A stretch of DNA of 64,000 bases from Paramecium tetraurelia (Eukaryota). The stretch is from assembly GCA_000165425.1 (NCBI GenBank), contig CT868230.1, positions 434,001 through 498,000 on the forward strand. The letters run 5' to 3'. The notes under the pieces were generated by a model, which made no database searches, was not told the origin of the DNA, and saw nothing but the letters and a program-made list of their open reading frames with translations. The position numbers and the translations under genes are program-made. Shown here in pieces: positions 25,101 through 38,528 of this stretch. Position 1 is the stretch's first letter. Each line of letters starts with the position of its first letter.

Positions 25101-28100
25101 TGAGCTTGGATCAAATTAAGTTCATACTTCTCATAAGTAAAGATATCTAAACAAGATTTAACCATTGATTAAATGAACAACTACGGTTTTAAATTGACTT
25201 ATAGCGCATCTCCTAAAGAATAATCTAATACCCAAATCAAGTTCAATTTCATAACTTTATCCAAAATTCTCATTGTATTTAAAATTAATTCATCCTTTAA
25301 AATATCTGGACCAATTTAATTTGAGGACTTCTTGGAACCACTTTCCTCACCAGCTTGATTATGAATTGGAGGACACATGATCTCGTATATTTCCCCTCCC
25401 TTCTCATTCACATAATTCATCAAATTATTCACTAGATCTTTGTATGTGTTCAACTCTTAAACATTCGAAGCCCCTGCCTATGTTGAGCTCTTGAAAAGGA
25501 TATAATCTCTGGGTTTTTCACACTCACTAAACAATTAACACATAATTGGTGCTTTCTTAATCCGTAAAGGCTCTTAATCAATGTACAAAGTTAATGCTAA
25601 TCTTGCAAATCCAGGCTATAAATCTATATATTTCGGATCAATAGGATGCTTAAACCATATATTCCTAAACAAGAATGATTTTTCAAATTAAGCACCTAAT
25701 TCATTTTTCCATGAATAGTTTCTTCCTAAAGCAACTTCTGAAAAAAAGGTGAGTTACTCAATTATATACATAAATTTGTCCCTTGAACTTTTATTAATGT
25801 CTCTTATGTCACAATCTTAAGGTATGATCAACTATCCAGCTTTGGATGTCAGCCTTACTGTACCATCATTACTTTTGCTTTCTTCTGCTTTGGTTTCAAC
25901 TCCCAATTTAGGTTATTTGGTATTATTCTTTTTATATAACTTATAAATATTTTCTTGGTTTATTTAAATGGGAAATTCTTAATGACTGCAGACATTTCTT
26001 AAAAATTTTAGATAGTATGAATTGTTTTTAGCATCATCATCCCACAACAAATTAATGAAATATTCAATTAAGGGGACAGGTTTTTTCATGATTTTTTCAT
26101 GTTATTTTATTTCCATTTATTCATCTTTGTCATCAAACTAATATAAATTAATAAGTATTTTTATTTATTGATTGTCAATTTCATTCTCTTCATAAAATTC
26201 AATTTTAATATCTTCGCTTAGTTTATATAATAAAAATTTATTGTTAGATACAATATTAATTGTTGCTTCAATAGCTGTTGGCAAATATTTGGTATGCAAT
26301 TAAAAGTATGGTATCAAATCGTAGGTGTATATTTGATTTTCTTTATTTAATTTACATACCGATCCCAAGAATTAATAGATTTAATCAATCAATTCAACTT
26401 TTGCTTTAACATAATTCTAGTATTATGTTTTTAATGTATTTTCAGTTTTTTATTCATGCATCATTAAGGCTTTGTCTTCGAAAATTATATTGTTTTCAAT
26501 TTCTAAATTGTATTTGGATAGTCTGTCATTTTTTTCTAAATCATTTTCCAATTTCTAATAAAACTCTAATTCTCCTTTAGTTATAATTCTTTCTAAAATT
26601 TTAATAAGAATATCTATGTAAAACTATTCTCTCATTAATTTCTATCTGTATTAATTGATGGATCCAAATATCTATTCTGCAGAGGTTGTATAAGATTTAT
26701 TGTTTACAAAGTTCTCTAATTCTGCAATACAACTTTTTAATTACTAAAATTCTCCGAACCATTTTCTTTTAGAAGGAAAGTTATCGATTCCTGGATATTT
26801 TGGATCTTGAATCTGAATAACAAATTTAGCTAATTTTCGAAAACAAGATTACAAAAATTAGATTTCCCAAACTTCATTCCTAGTGGCCATATGAATTTTA
26901 AATACTGCATGTTCAGTTTTTTCTTAAGGAGCCTTCAAAATTGGAATATATTCATGATTTTATTTATCATTTTAAAAATCCATCCAATTTTAACTTTGTC
27001 TATTTTATAGATAGGTATAACTTCCTCCCTTTAAATATTTTTAATTTGGTTGAGTTTTGAGATCAACAAAAGTGAAGATTGTTGATTTGTCCAGTTCCTA
27101 AGTTAAACGATATTTATATTGTTGTTTTTTATTTTATTTATTATTCTTATCGGTTGAACTTTCTATTACACTTAAATAATATCCAGTAGTAATATTCTTA
27201 AGTCTATAGCCAGCCTCATACTTGACGAATCCTCCTTGAAGGAACTCCTCCCCTTCAATTTGCCATAATCCATTTGTACTTCCTTGATATCCTTAAGCAC
27301 TTTCTGTTTGAGACTTTGTGATCGACACATACAAATTGTTTATAGATAGCCATTCGGAGAGGTGATAAAATGTGAAATTGGTCTTGTCAACAGCCTCTTG
27401 ATATTTTTTCACAGAGAGTGTAGCCTCGGCTTCACTATGATACAACCAGATGCAATCCCCAACTCTTAAGTTTCGAGAGCTTTCAGATATATATTATTAA
27501 AACAAAACTATCTTCCAAGAATGAGACTATTCGACATTGGCATTTATTTCTCTCTTCAAAATATGTTCAGATCTTAATTATGCATTCCCTTTAATTTCTG
27601 AAATTTCCATTTATGAGCAACTAATATATGCTAACCTATTTGAGATAGGCATAGTCCTGGTAATAGCACACATTTCACCAGCATTTACATCCTGTTCTCC
27701 ATGACTTTAATACATATATGCAGGTACTATCTTAAAAACAGTGTAATCACTTGAGAAGTCATCTAATTTAACTAAGTAGTTTTGATTCTCGATCTAGGCT
27801 TCGTTGTCATGACATGCTAAAAACTTACCACTTGCAATATGTAGTAATTGAAATGGCTAGTGATATGTCAACTTTTAATATCTGGATTTATCTATTGCAT
27901 CTATGTTTTGCTTGTACTCATTCATTAATTAACTAAGCTCCTCATTCATTCTTTGATTCGACATTTTGATTTTATCCTACATATTTATTTTTTTGACATA
28001 CATTTCTTCCATCCTTTTCTTCTTTCTTATTATCCGTTACATTACAATCTTATAAAACTCGTGACTTAACTGTATCAGAGACTCTGGGCAAAACCTAAAA

Positions 28101-28323
28101 TAAGCATTTGTAAAAGGAATCATTATCTAAACCTTCATATGTTTTTCTAATATATCATGCTTAAGTACTTTTTTTATTCTTTATAAACGAAGTTTTTTAA
28201 AAATAGGCCAGGTTTAAGAAACCCATCCGAGAATAAGAAAGCAGACTGATCCACGAAATCAGATATGGCAATTATAGAACCAAAAGTAACCATTGTTTAA
28301 TCTACTTATTCATCTTCATCCAT
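19171..28323 (-). CDS. IP3-receptor/ryanodine-receptor-type Ca2+-release channel (Paramecium CRC family), ~3000 aa
   Basis: N-terminal FGSIIAI..FLFSDGF..CLFQVLP, MIR-like QLLHIASGKFL and YRLKNITTGYYL, RIH-like TLNELVQGPCSDNQ, TM block with LNIVAGIIIDTFGSLREE, CFICG and HIKINHYMWNYVYF. Confidence 0.92.
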
Positions 28324-28472
28324 TTTTTAATAATTATCAAAATAAATTAATCACTTGTATAATTATAAATTGAATATATTTATGTTGTCGTCGCCTAAAG
28401 ATAAAGACCTAATTAATTTCAAATTCTTATATTGTTATCAACAATTATTTTAAATAAATAAAAAATAACGTT

Positions 28473-29237
28473 TCACTATTATCTTCCTGCCAAAGGTACC
28501 ATAAATTCTTAGAGAAAATCCTTTTCCATTTTTTTTGAAGGTGTGCTAAGTAATTTAACTTAAGTAGTTTGATTCTGTTCTTGGATCTTTGGTTTTGAGA
28601 TGATTTATGCAACAGTAGATTGACTCTAAATTGGAGGATACTATTTCTATTGCACATTAGTTTCTATATGTTCCCCTAAGTATCTATCTAGGGTCAATTG
28701 CTCTTCCTAGTCTTTCTTCTATATTTCAATTAGAGGAATGTACAAATGGGACAATGTAGTTGTTTATTAAATAAATTACTTAAACTAGATTATAAATACG
28801 AACCTCCAATTGATTCCTAAGCATTACGTTTTCCTCTTACAAATCCTTTTTTTCCTTCATACTGTCAAGTGGGTAGTTTCTTATTAAATAATCATTGTAA
28901 TTAATTTTCTCTTGTATAGTTTATTGAATGGTTAATTTCATTTGTTAGTTCCCTTCGTCGTATTATTTGAATAATTGTACAATGTATTGTCTAAACTCTT
29001 GATCCCTAGATTCAGCTTATTTACTACAAGCATTGTGATGAAATAATTTACTTTGTTAATTTAATTGTTTCTAGTTCTCTTTATAAATTAGATTTATAAT
29101 TTTAATTTGCTTTTTCGAATAATTAATTTCTTTCTTCCATTCTATCTCTAATGACCTGTCTATCTCTTTGACTATTAAGTTATCTATTTAAGTAATTACA
29201 ATCTCTCAATAATGCTTTCCAAGGATTCTTAATTCAT
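28473..29237 (-). CDS. Hypothetical Gln-rich protein
   Basis: ATG at 29237 (MNQESLESIIERLQLLKQ...), ending ...FMVPLAGRQQ-TGA. No family recognised. Confidence 0.5.
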
Positions 29238-29272
29238 AAAATTAATTAATATTTTTATTTAATATAAAAGGA

Positions 29273-30279
29273 ATGAAATCCGTATATTAGGACATGTTAA
29301 ATAGAGCCTATAATACTCTATTCCACCCATCCGTCTAGTGGTTTAGAATTCTAACACCAGTGAACAAATTTGTTAATCTATTAGGGTTACAATATTTTCA
29401 GATACCCTGCACCAGCATCCGAATAAATTAACCATGTCGAACATGATTTCAAAACTCCTTATCGTGACTCCAAATATTATGTCAGACATGATGATCCTGT
29501 CATCGAGAGAGTAGCAAAGTTTACATTTACAGATCCTCTCAATGAAACCCCAACAGAAAAGTAATTGATAATCTTTAAGAATCTCCTAGATTGGTCAGAT
29601 TAAAATTACTTACTAAGGACCAAGTCAGCAATTCAGAGGCTGTATAAGCTGCAACTCAACTCTACGAATAAAAATACGGATTGCCTTTATCTCAAAGGGG
29701 TTAGATATCATTCTATCTCACTAGTGTATTGCAATTAAGTAGGAGGTGGAGATGCTCTCTAAGACTTCTTCTAAGGCGAAAACATCAGAGAAGTCATGGC
29801 CAGCTTTGTGAGAGAATAATGGGAAGAAGTGAATGAAAATGCTCTTGAAGACTTAAACTGTACCAATTTAGATGATGATTATCATCCGACTTTAAATGAA
29901 AAGGTGGGATTTAATCTTTAAGAAAATGACCCTGTTCACAGATAACTAACTATTGATCTACACACTATAGTTAAAAACATTGGCGTAAATAATTCATCAC
30001 TAATGACTTTTCATATAGGAAAAAACAAAATAAGAGGGCCATCTTACTTTTTTCAGAGGCGATCCCAATTATTGGCATGTACTCGATAATAGTTTCCCCG
30101 TGGAATCTATTAGATTGATTCAAAATACTTTGGGTGATGAAGTCTCCTAATTAGGTAACACTATGCGATTTTATCTTTTAATTTTAGATCCAAAAGCATT
30201 GTCAAAATAACACAACAGAGAAGATTATCACATTGAACAAAAGGTTTAAGTTCCCATAGAAAATAAATATTATTCATGA
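29273..30279 (+). CDS. NDUFA7: Mitochondrial complex I accessory subunit, ciliate NDUFA7-like
   Basis: YPAPASEQINHVEHDFKTPYRDS, DPLNETPTEK, NDPVHRQLTIDL and FRGDPNYWHVLDNSFP resemble the Tetrahymena complex I NDUA7 subunit as recalled; not database-checked. Confidence 0.6.
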
Positions 30280-30326
30280 AATCATAAATAAAATAAAATA
30301 TTTATTCAGTATAATCAATATTTACA

Positions 30327-30539
30327 TCATTGAATAGCACAGGAACAAGAACATTTATTCTTCTACTCTTAGTATTATATTCGCTCAACTATATAAATAT
30401 CTTAAATTGGAATGCCTTCAATCTAATCTCTAAATGTGACAGCTTTTGCTGACACTCCTTTGAGAATAGGTTGATTATGTTTATCAAATCTTTTAGTTTT
30501 TTTTTTCGCTTTTTCTTCTGTCATCCTATCTTGGTTCAT
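30327..30539 (-). CDS. 70-aa intronless microprotein with an RVxF motif and CaaX end
   Basis: MNQDRMTEEKAKKKTKRFDKHNQPILKGVSAKAVTFRDQIEGIPIQDIYIVERIQYQEQKNKCSCSCAIQ-TGA (213 nt). Confidence 0.75.
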
Positions 30540-30572
30540 TTTATTAATTTTATTAAAAATGACTTTGTTATA

Positions 30573-31850
30573 TCAAATAGGAAAATGAATTTATTTTATA
30601 TAAATTAATTAGACAAGACAATGCTTGAACTAAGTACAACGTACTCAAATAATTCTGTTATTATATTTGGAATTTCCGATGTTGAATCAAAGTTCACTTT
30701 TACATAATTACAATCTAATGAATTGAATTTCATATATCCTAGTTTCCCCCTTTGATTTTAAACCCTTCTTGTATAAATTGAATTCGTAAAAAATGAAAAC
30801 ACAGATACAATCAAATATTATGATCTCACGAAATCCAAAATTCATTTCTCTAGAAATCAACATTTTTAAAAACACGTCAATAACTTCTCTATAATTTTGT
30901 CCAGGGTAGAGTATTCTACATGATTCTTAGAGATCAACAAATCTAATCCATTTAACTCTATTCATCTCAAGTGAATTATATATAATGTTCAAAATGTTTC
31001 TATTTAGAGTTGAAATGATTTACGATTATAAACGAAGTATAAGTCTACACATTATTAATAATTTTTAACTTGAATTGTTTTATTGAAACGCCTAGATGAT
31101 CAATTTTTTCACTACTTTCTTTAAATCTCTTCATATTGTTTGGTCGATATTTTATTAAAATAACAAGTGAGTAATTTTCTTTTAATTTTTATTATATTTA
31201 TCACTATATCTATCAAAATCAATACATTCCAATTTCACTCCAATATGTACAAGATTCTTAAAAATTTGATGAATTAAAATACGAGTGTGTCTATACTGCG
31301 TGTGGTAGTTATAAATTAATTACATATGAATTCCAAAAATATGACATCATTTTAGCTTTATTTCCTTCGCAGAATCATATTATTTGATAATAATTGAGTT
31401 ACTTTATTATAAAGATTTTCGAGTATAAGAGAGGTTAAATATTGACTATTATATGTTGATTATTTGATTCTTATGTTCATCAGAAACCATCAATGAATCT
31501 ACAAATAATTACCTATGCATAATGAATGTTTCCACTGCTGTAAACATAAATCAATAATCATGTTTATGATCGTTTCTTAGTTTAACCTAATTTTCAAACT
31601 TTCCATAACCAGCAAAGGCTGGTATTAAAGGGAACCTTAAGCTAGATATCATATAAGCAAATATAAAAATATCAAATCTCTATTTTTAATAACATTTGAA
31701 TCTTTGTTCAATTATGTAACTTGTTAAAACAGTGTATGTTATTTCTTAGAATTGAAATCTAAATTACATTCTAACTGTACTCTTTCCAGATTATTAGTCT
31801 TCAAATTCTTTAATTTCTTAAGCTTTCCTCTTATCTCATACGTACTAGAT
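30573..31850 (-). CDS. Probable hypothetical protein, structure unresolved
   Basis: 3' frame ...LDCNYVKVNFDSTSEIPNIITELFEYVVLSSSIVLSN...HFPI-TGA; upstream exons were not resolved. Confidence 0.3.
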
Positions 31851-32015
31851 TTTTTGTTTTAATCAAATATAAATTAAAGATTTATAAATTCAATTCACTT
31901 AAATGATGACCACTTGATTCTAAAAAAGATACTCTTTAACTATTAATGAGAAATATATTATAAAAAAAAAGATTGATTTATGATTATAAGATTTATTTTA
32001 CTAAAAAGGTTCATA

Positions 32016-33608
32016 TCATAATAAGTCTAGCATAAACTCCTTAAATGATCTTAGATCTAAAATGGCCTAAAAAATTATTAAATTATATACTTTTCCATTT
32101 TTTTGGATGTGAGTTTTAGGAAGGTTTTCTTAAACGGTTTCTATAGGAATTTAAAGAGCATAAGATAATTCCTATTCAGTTAACCTTCCATTTCTACTAA
32201 TGTTGAGAGTTTAAAAGGTCATTTATAAGTTTTAGATTGTGAATAGAGCTTAACGATCTGTGACCGCTATAAGAAATTCATAAAAATCGATATCCCCACT
32301 TCCATCGGTATCCAGTTTTTCAAACATTTGTTTGACTTCATCCTTTGCGTCATCCTCACTCCCTAAGGATTTGTAAGCTACCATCATTTCCTCCATGTTA
32401 ACTTTTCCATCCTTATTTGCATCAATTTCATTGAAAGTATTAATTAGTTATGAGAAAGTCTAACTAAAAAATACATTGATCATGTGAATCATTATATGAA
32501 ACTATAGTTTGTTAGCTTATTTAAATTAAGAAAGTTTATTAAGGGTGTCTTTGGTATTAGTTTTCTTGGATACTGTATTTTAAGTAATCCATTAATCATT
32601 AAGAGCTTATTGGATTGTTGGACGTTGTGTTAATAATCTAGCTAACATTCTTTTAATAAAGCATTTTCCTGGGTTCGATATTTTATCAAAGCTGGTAGAT
32701 TCAAAAAAAAGAGTTCCTCGCATTATTTGGCTTTACATACTCTACATGGTTTTGCATTTGGAATAAGGAGATGCACTATTTAAAATTATGTAACTTAAGA
32801 TTCCACAAGCCCAAATATCACCTTCTTTTGAAAACTTTTCTTGTTAGATGAAGGTGATTAATTCAGGAGGGATGAATATTATTGAATTTAGATTAAGTTC
32901 TGGTCTCAAGTACATTTCTTTGTAATCTACTAATTTTAGTTTAGTAAAGTTATTCTCTTGAGCAAAAAAGAATGAATTTTGAGATATTCTTCCATGTACT
33001 ATGTCATTTTAGTGTAGATATTATATAGCCTATAATACTTAAACAATTAATGAGGCAGCCAAACATTCCTTAATTTGTTCACTTGGTTTGATGTATTCAC
33101 ATAAGGAAATACCTAAAATCTATTCTTAAATAAGAATATGGTAATCCTTTTCGGAGGAGTAATACTCGAAAACTCTTATTATATTAGGATGATTCTATAT
33201 TATTAAAAAATGGTACAAAATTTTATTTTAAAAAGATTTCTATCCAAGAATCATTCTCTTACGATCTTTCTATAAATCTAGCATGTCTCACTTGAGCATT
33301 AATATTATGTTGGATCGTTAAAATTTTGTCTTCACCAACTATATGACTTTTTAAAAACACATACTTCTAATGGGTTTGTATTAATTTAAGATTGTATAGA
33401 CTTTATTGAAGTTTTGAGTAGAGATTAAGATACTGCAAACTTACTCTTTCTAAGATGTTTGTTCTGTTTTTATTGTTTGTTAACTTTCAAAAGTGTAGTT
33501 CTTAACGGTGCCGCTAAGTACTGATTTGCTATAAAGCAATTTCTTTCTTTTGTCAACTCTTTTTTGTTATTCAGATTTTAGTTTAGATCTTATTTGACAA
33601 GCACCCAT
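32016..33608 (-). CDS. CDPK-like pseudokinase with an EF-hand lobe and N-terminal MGAC acylation motif
   Basis: HPNIIRVFEYY, IVHGRISQNSF, LKLVDYK, FIPPE and DIWACGIL; EF loops DANKDGKVNMEE and DTDGSGDIDFYEF. Confidence 0.85.
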
Positions 33609-33862
33609 GATTTATAAATTATTTATTAAATCTAAGCAAGTAATTTAAATCTTTTTATACTTATTTTACTAATTCAAATTAAGAAAAATACAAAAAAAGA
33701 CATGGTCAAATTCTAACTTAAAGATCAAAATGGTGTCATGATCTATGTAGATAGTGTTGGATCCAAAATAAGTATTTTGAAAAAGAAGCTAGTTTAAAGT
33801 ATTTAATCATAAAGATCAATGTTTGTATTAACACTTATTAAAAACATAATAAATTATATATA

Positions 33863-35056
33863 TCATAAGTCTTATTTTTATGTATTCTAATGGAGACCTA
33901 GGAATTATTATGTAAAGCTAACGATTCCATCCTTTGTGATTTCACTCAATAAATTAAAAGACTCAGAAATTGGATTAAATGCTACAATCTAAGGGAGATA
34001 ATCTAAACTGTAAAAATCTATTGTTTACCATTTTAAATGCCAAAATATTACATCAATCTCAATCCATATTTGTTATCTGTATTAGCAATGCAAATTAGAA
34101 TTTAATCTTTGATTTTAGATAGAGCTAATCTCAAATGCTTTTCTGCATGATTTGTCTATGAATTTTACAATAAGAAAAGTGTTGGTTAATCCCCTTTAAA
34201 TATTCTTTTTGCGGTCTAATATTTTATTTCTTTATTCTTACTGGTAAATCGAAATTCATCAAGACTGGATAAGAATGCTTTTTTATGAATTATTCTATGT
34301 AAGAAATCTCAAAATTATCATAAATAGCAGCCTTTCTTTCATCATAAGGTTTATAAATAACGATACTGGGTACTTGAGCTCTCATTTCATTAGCAAAATT
34401 TTAATTAAATGTGTGCATAGCTGAGATATGTTTATTCTTTCTAAAAACATAAAATATGGAGATTACTGAGAGAATTAAAAGTATTACATAAATTCATATG
34501 ATTCTTTCTATTCACCAAAGAATACCATGACTAAATTTGGGGATTCTGAAATCTTCTTTAATTGGTCTAATGATTTAGCCTCAATAGATCCCTTATCTAA
34601 GCAAGTACTCATAAATATAATCTTTACTTGTTTTCTTTCTCATCCAATCCACAATAGCTTTTTCTGTTCTATCCCCTTGATATTCCATCTATAATTATCC
34701 ATCCCCGAATAATTTTAAGGTAGGGAATCCAGTAACTTAATATTTTCTACACAAATGCTCATATTAAGGACAATTGATCTTAAATTTATCAAGTTTATTA
34801 CTTTAGCAAATTAAACATTTTGATTTCTTACTTGTCTTGCAGCTGAAGCAAATATTGGAGCTAAATGATGACTAAATTATATTTTTGATTTATACCAATG
34901 TCCACACCAATGCGCATAGAAATCTATTAAGACAAATTCATATTTTTTCAAAACATATTCAAAGTTTTAATCGCTCAATATTAAAACTCCATTCTCCTCT
35001 GGCACTTATTATCCTAGGACTAAAGAGAATAAAAGGAGTGTAAGTAAGTATTACAT
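33863..35056 (-). CDS. Protein disulfide isomerase-like ER protein (single WCGHC thioredoxin domain)
   Basis: Signal peptide, EENGVLILSDQNF, DFYAHWCGHC (last Cys codon split by an intron), VTGFPTLKLF and C-terminal KQDL-TGA. Confidence 0.85.
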
Positions 35057-35700
35057 TAGAAAATTCTAGATTATTAATATTAATATTAATGATGTGTATA
35101 TTAGAATTTTTAAAATAATTTCCTAGAATATATAAAATAAGAGATTATTAATTAAACAAAAGAGATATTCTGTTAATCTAACACGTTTAATTCAATTTTT
35201 ATTCCTTTTGGTTCATAAAAATTCTGTGACTTTAAATTTATCCAAAACCTCAAATTCTACTTTACTCATAAATTTATCATGATATTTAAATAACATAATT
35301 ATTAAATAGATGACTAATGCTTTTAATTAGAAAAAAGAGTTCAATTAAATTAGTTTTAAAAGAATCCTTTGAGTTTAAGCAAGCAATCTGATTGAGGGTA
35401 TTTTGGGGGAGAACAACTTTGCTTAAACTGAATTTTTGAAAATTTTGTTATTTTGTTATTTTTCAGAATAAATATTAAAAATGAAACAATATGTCAGTTG
35501 CAAAATAAATTTCCTTTCGTTAATTCACTTTTTTAATATCTTTTTTAATTATTTAATGTGTGATATTAAAAATTAATAAAAATTTAATAATTTTGAGTAT
35601 TTGCCAAGAATTTCAAAGCGATTTCTTAAAAACGAATTTATTTGCTGAATTCTTGATTCATAATGTAGATGTTGGATGAAATATTTTAATATTATTATTA

Positions 35701-36885
35701 ATGAAGACCATCATTTTAGCTTTGGCACTTATTGCATTAGTTTCATCAACATAATCTGATGTCATTGATACAATTAAAAAGATAGACTAGTCCCCATTCG
35801 GAAGAACATTGTTCGATACTATCTGGTTAGAACTCTAAACAGGAGACCCATTAGATAGATTAGTATCAACATTGACAGACTTGGAAGATAGATACGTAGC
35901 TGAATAAAAAGAAGATGATGCTAAAAATTAAGAGTACCAAGGTGCTTGCACAGTCGTATGAATATATGATTATCTTTAGGATATCACAGCATTCGATAAG
36001 GATTTGGCTGAATCAAACAGAAAGAAGATTGAACTTGAAGCCAGATTAGAAGGATAATTATACCCATAAAGATCAATCTTAGAAGGCTTAGTTGCTTAAA
36101 AGAAAGCTGAAGTCAAGGGATACTAAAAGGATTTGGACGAACTCGATGCTTAAAGAGCTGAAGAACATGAAGATTTCGAAGAGAAAGTCTTAGAACACTA
36201 AGAAGCAACAGCAATCATTGCTGAAGCCAGAAGACTCTTTGCTGATAACATCGAACATGAATCTTTCGTTTAAAAAGGAAAAGCCGCAAAATAACCACAC
36301 AAATTTACCAAGGATGTCGCTAATTTGATCTAAAAACATTTTACTACATCTGCCAAGAAGACTGCTAAATTTTAACACAGAAAGGGATACAGCAAATTAT
36401 TCAAAGCCTTCGCCACAATTGCCTCAAAGGTTGAATAATTAGCTGATGCTGGTGCCGTCTAAAAGATCATTGATTTAGCTGATGAATTATTGGCCAAAAT
36501 TTCTGACTCATTATCTTTATTGAGATTCGCTGAAGACAAGAGAGTAGAATCCTATAAGAAATCAAGAAACTTCGTTGTCATTGCTTTGAATGTCGCTGGT
36601 TCAGCCCTTGCTAACGCTATTTCTGATTTAGCTGCTTTAAATGACATCATCGCTCAAGTTGAAGCTTCACTTGATACTACTGTTTAAAGAATTGAAAACG
36701 TTTCTGCTGACAGACATGACAGATTTACTCAATGTGAAGAGGCAGTTTAAGATTACTCAGATGCCAGATCTGCAAGATAATCAGACAGAGATGTAGTTTC
36801 ATAAACAATCGGATTAGTCAATAAAGAATTGAGAACCTTGAGAGAGTAATTGGCCTTAAGACAATAAGCCGGAGAATAAATTTGA
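35701..36885 (+). CDS. Trichocyst matrix protein precursor, T2 family
   Basis: MKTIILALALIALVSSTQSDVIDTIKKIDQSPFGRTLFDTIWLELQTG-DPLDRLVSTLTDLEDRYVAEQKEDD...; one 24-nt intron (35956-35979); codon usage typical of highly expressed genes. Confidence 0.92.
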
Positions 36886-37009
36886 TATTTATGATGTATA
36901 CAAAATTACAAGAAATCATTTTTATATATTCATTTTCTGTTGAAGTGAGATAAAAGTAAAAATAAAAGTTTACAAGTTAAAATAAATTATAATATAAATT
37001 AATTGTTCC

Positions 37010-38454
37010 ATGTAATAATTAGACAATTAAGAAATATTGATGAAACTTAAGTCTTAAAAATAATTCTGGGATATAAAAAAGAAAGTATTTAATACTCTAT
37101 CTAGGTTAAACAAGGATTTAGTGATTAACAGAAAATTGGAATCAATGATATTCAAAAATTTGCTCAAAGCTGTGAAATTGAGGACTAATTAATTAAATTG
37201 ATATCTCACATTCTCAAAAAATCTAAGAAGAGAGAAACACTAAAAGAAGATCAAATTGAGTTTCTGAACACTTCCAAAATCAAATGGACAGAATTATTAT
37301 TTAAAAATTTAGACATAGTTCATTAAAAAGCAAAGAATTAAGAAGAGGATGACACTAATACTGATTCAAAGTTATACATTTATGATGAAAAGAACCTATT
37401 GGCATTTTTATAAACTTTTAAACAATAATAACCGAGTGTTCTATACTAAAATGTGCAATTCTAATCAAATAAGCTATTAAATATCAATATACCTTTAAAG
37501 TCATCATAATAAATATTGGACAAATATTAGTATATATTGCTTTAAGAAGAATTACCAGAAGAGAAAATTAATAAGATTCGGAAGTCAATTGAAAATGAGC
37601 ATCTAGATATTGAATTAGAAAAAATAGCTTAAACATATGTACCCAATGGAGAGAGATGTCTGCTATACTTAAAATATTTTGAATTTGATCATCAAGAAAC
37701 TGTTTTATAGTAAAACTTCGCAAAACTGTAAAAAGAATGTTAAAATTAATTGTTCATTGATGAATTACTAGAAATAGATGGACATGAGATCTCTGAAGAT
37801 ACCTTCTATTTTGTATTTTAAGAGTAAATCCTAACTTGTTTAAAATGCTTCATTAGAGACAAATCAATTAAAGAGAATATAAGGGTATGTTAGTTAATTT
37901 TTCTTTAGATTCAATTATAAAACGGCATGAAAAAGGAACATGCAGAATTTTAATTGCCAGTCGCAGGTTTCTTTCCATTCAAAAACATTTCCAAATACGT
38001 TGCACCTCTATGTTACCTCTCTACAAAAATACATATAATTTATGCTTTATTTAAGGAATTCTTTTGCCGATACTTTTGCTTTTTGCATGCTATTTCTTCT
38101 GAATATAACTCAATTTTGTCTCTTTGCATGTAAATTGAAGAAATTGTAAGTACAAGATCTCCTAAATTATTTCACCATTTAAAGGTAATTGGTTGTGATA
38201 CATTAAAATTGATCATACATTAGTTAATTTATTGTTTCGTAGGAGACATGGATCCCCCACATATTTTAACTATTTATGATCAAATACTTGGGCATGATAG
38301 TCTGGAAATTTTAGTTATATTGTGCGTTGGATTTTTAAATAAATATAAACCTAAATTATTGTTAGCCAAAAATTACGAGAATGTGTAATAAATTTTCTAA
38401 GAGTTAAGAGAGGATAAATTTTAAGAATTGGTGCAATTTGCATATAAATAATGA
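37010..38454 (+). CDS. TBC1D19: TBC1D19-like Rab-GAP domain protein
   Basis: PVAGFFPFKNISKYVAPLCYL, YALFKEFFCRYFCFLHAISS, ILSLC...PKLFHHLK and YDQILGHDSLEILVIL. Confidence 0.75.
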
Positions 38455-38528
38455 ATTCTATAAACCTAATCTATTTTTATGATTTTATTTTATTGTTTAA
38501 AAAAAGTTACATAATTACATGTTCATTC

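Noticed and set aside
33702..34112. Apparent + strand gene starting MVKFQLKDQ
   Set aside because: Most of it overlaps the antisense of the PDI-like gene's last exons (ending KQDL at 33863), and it has no independent support.
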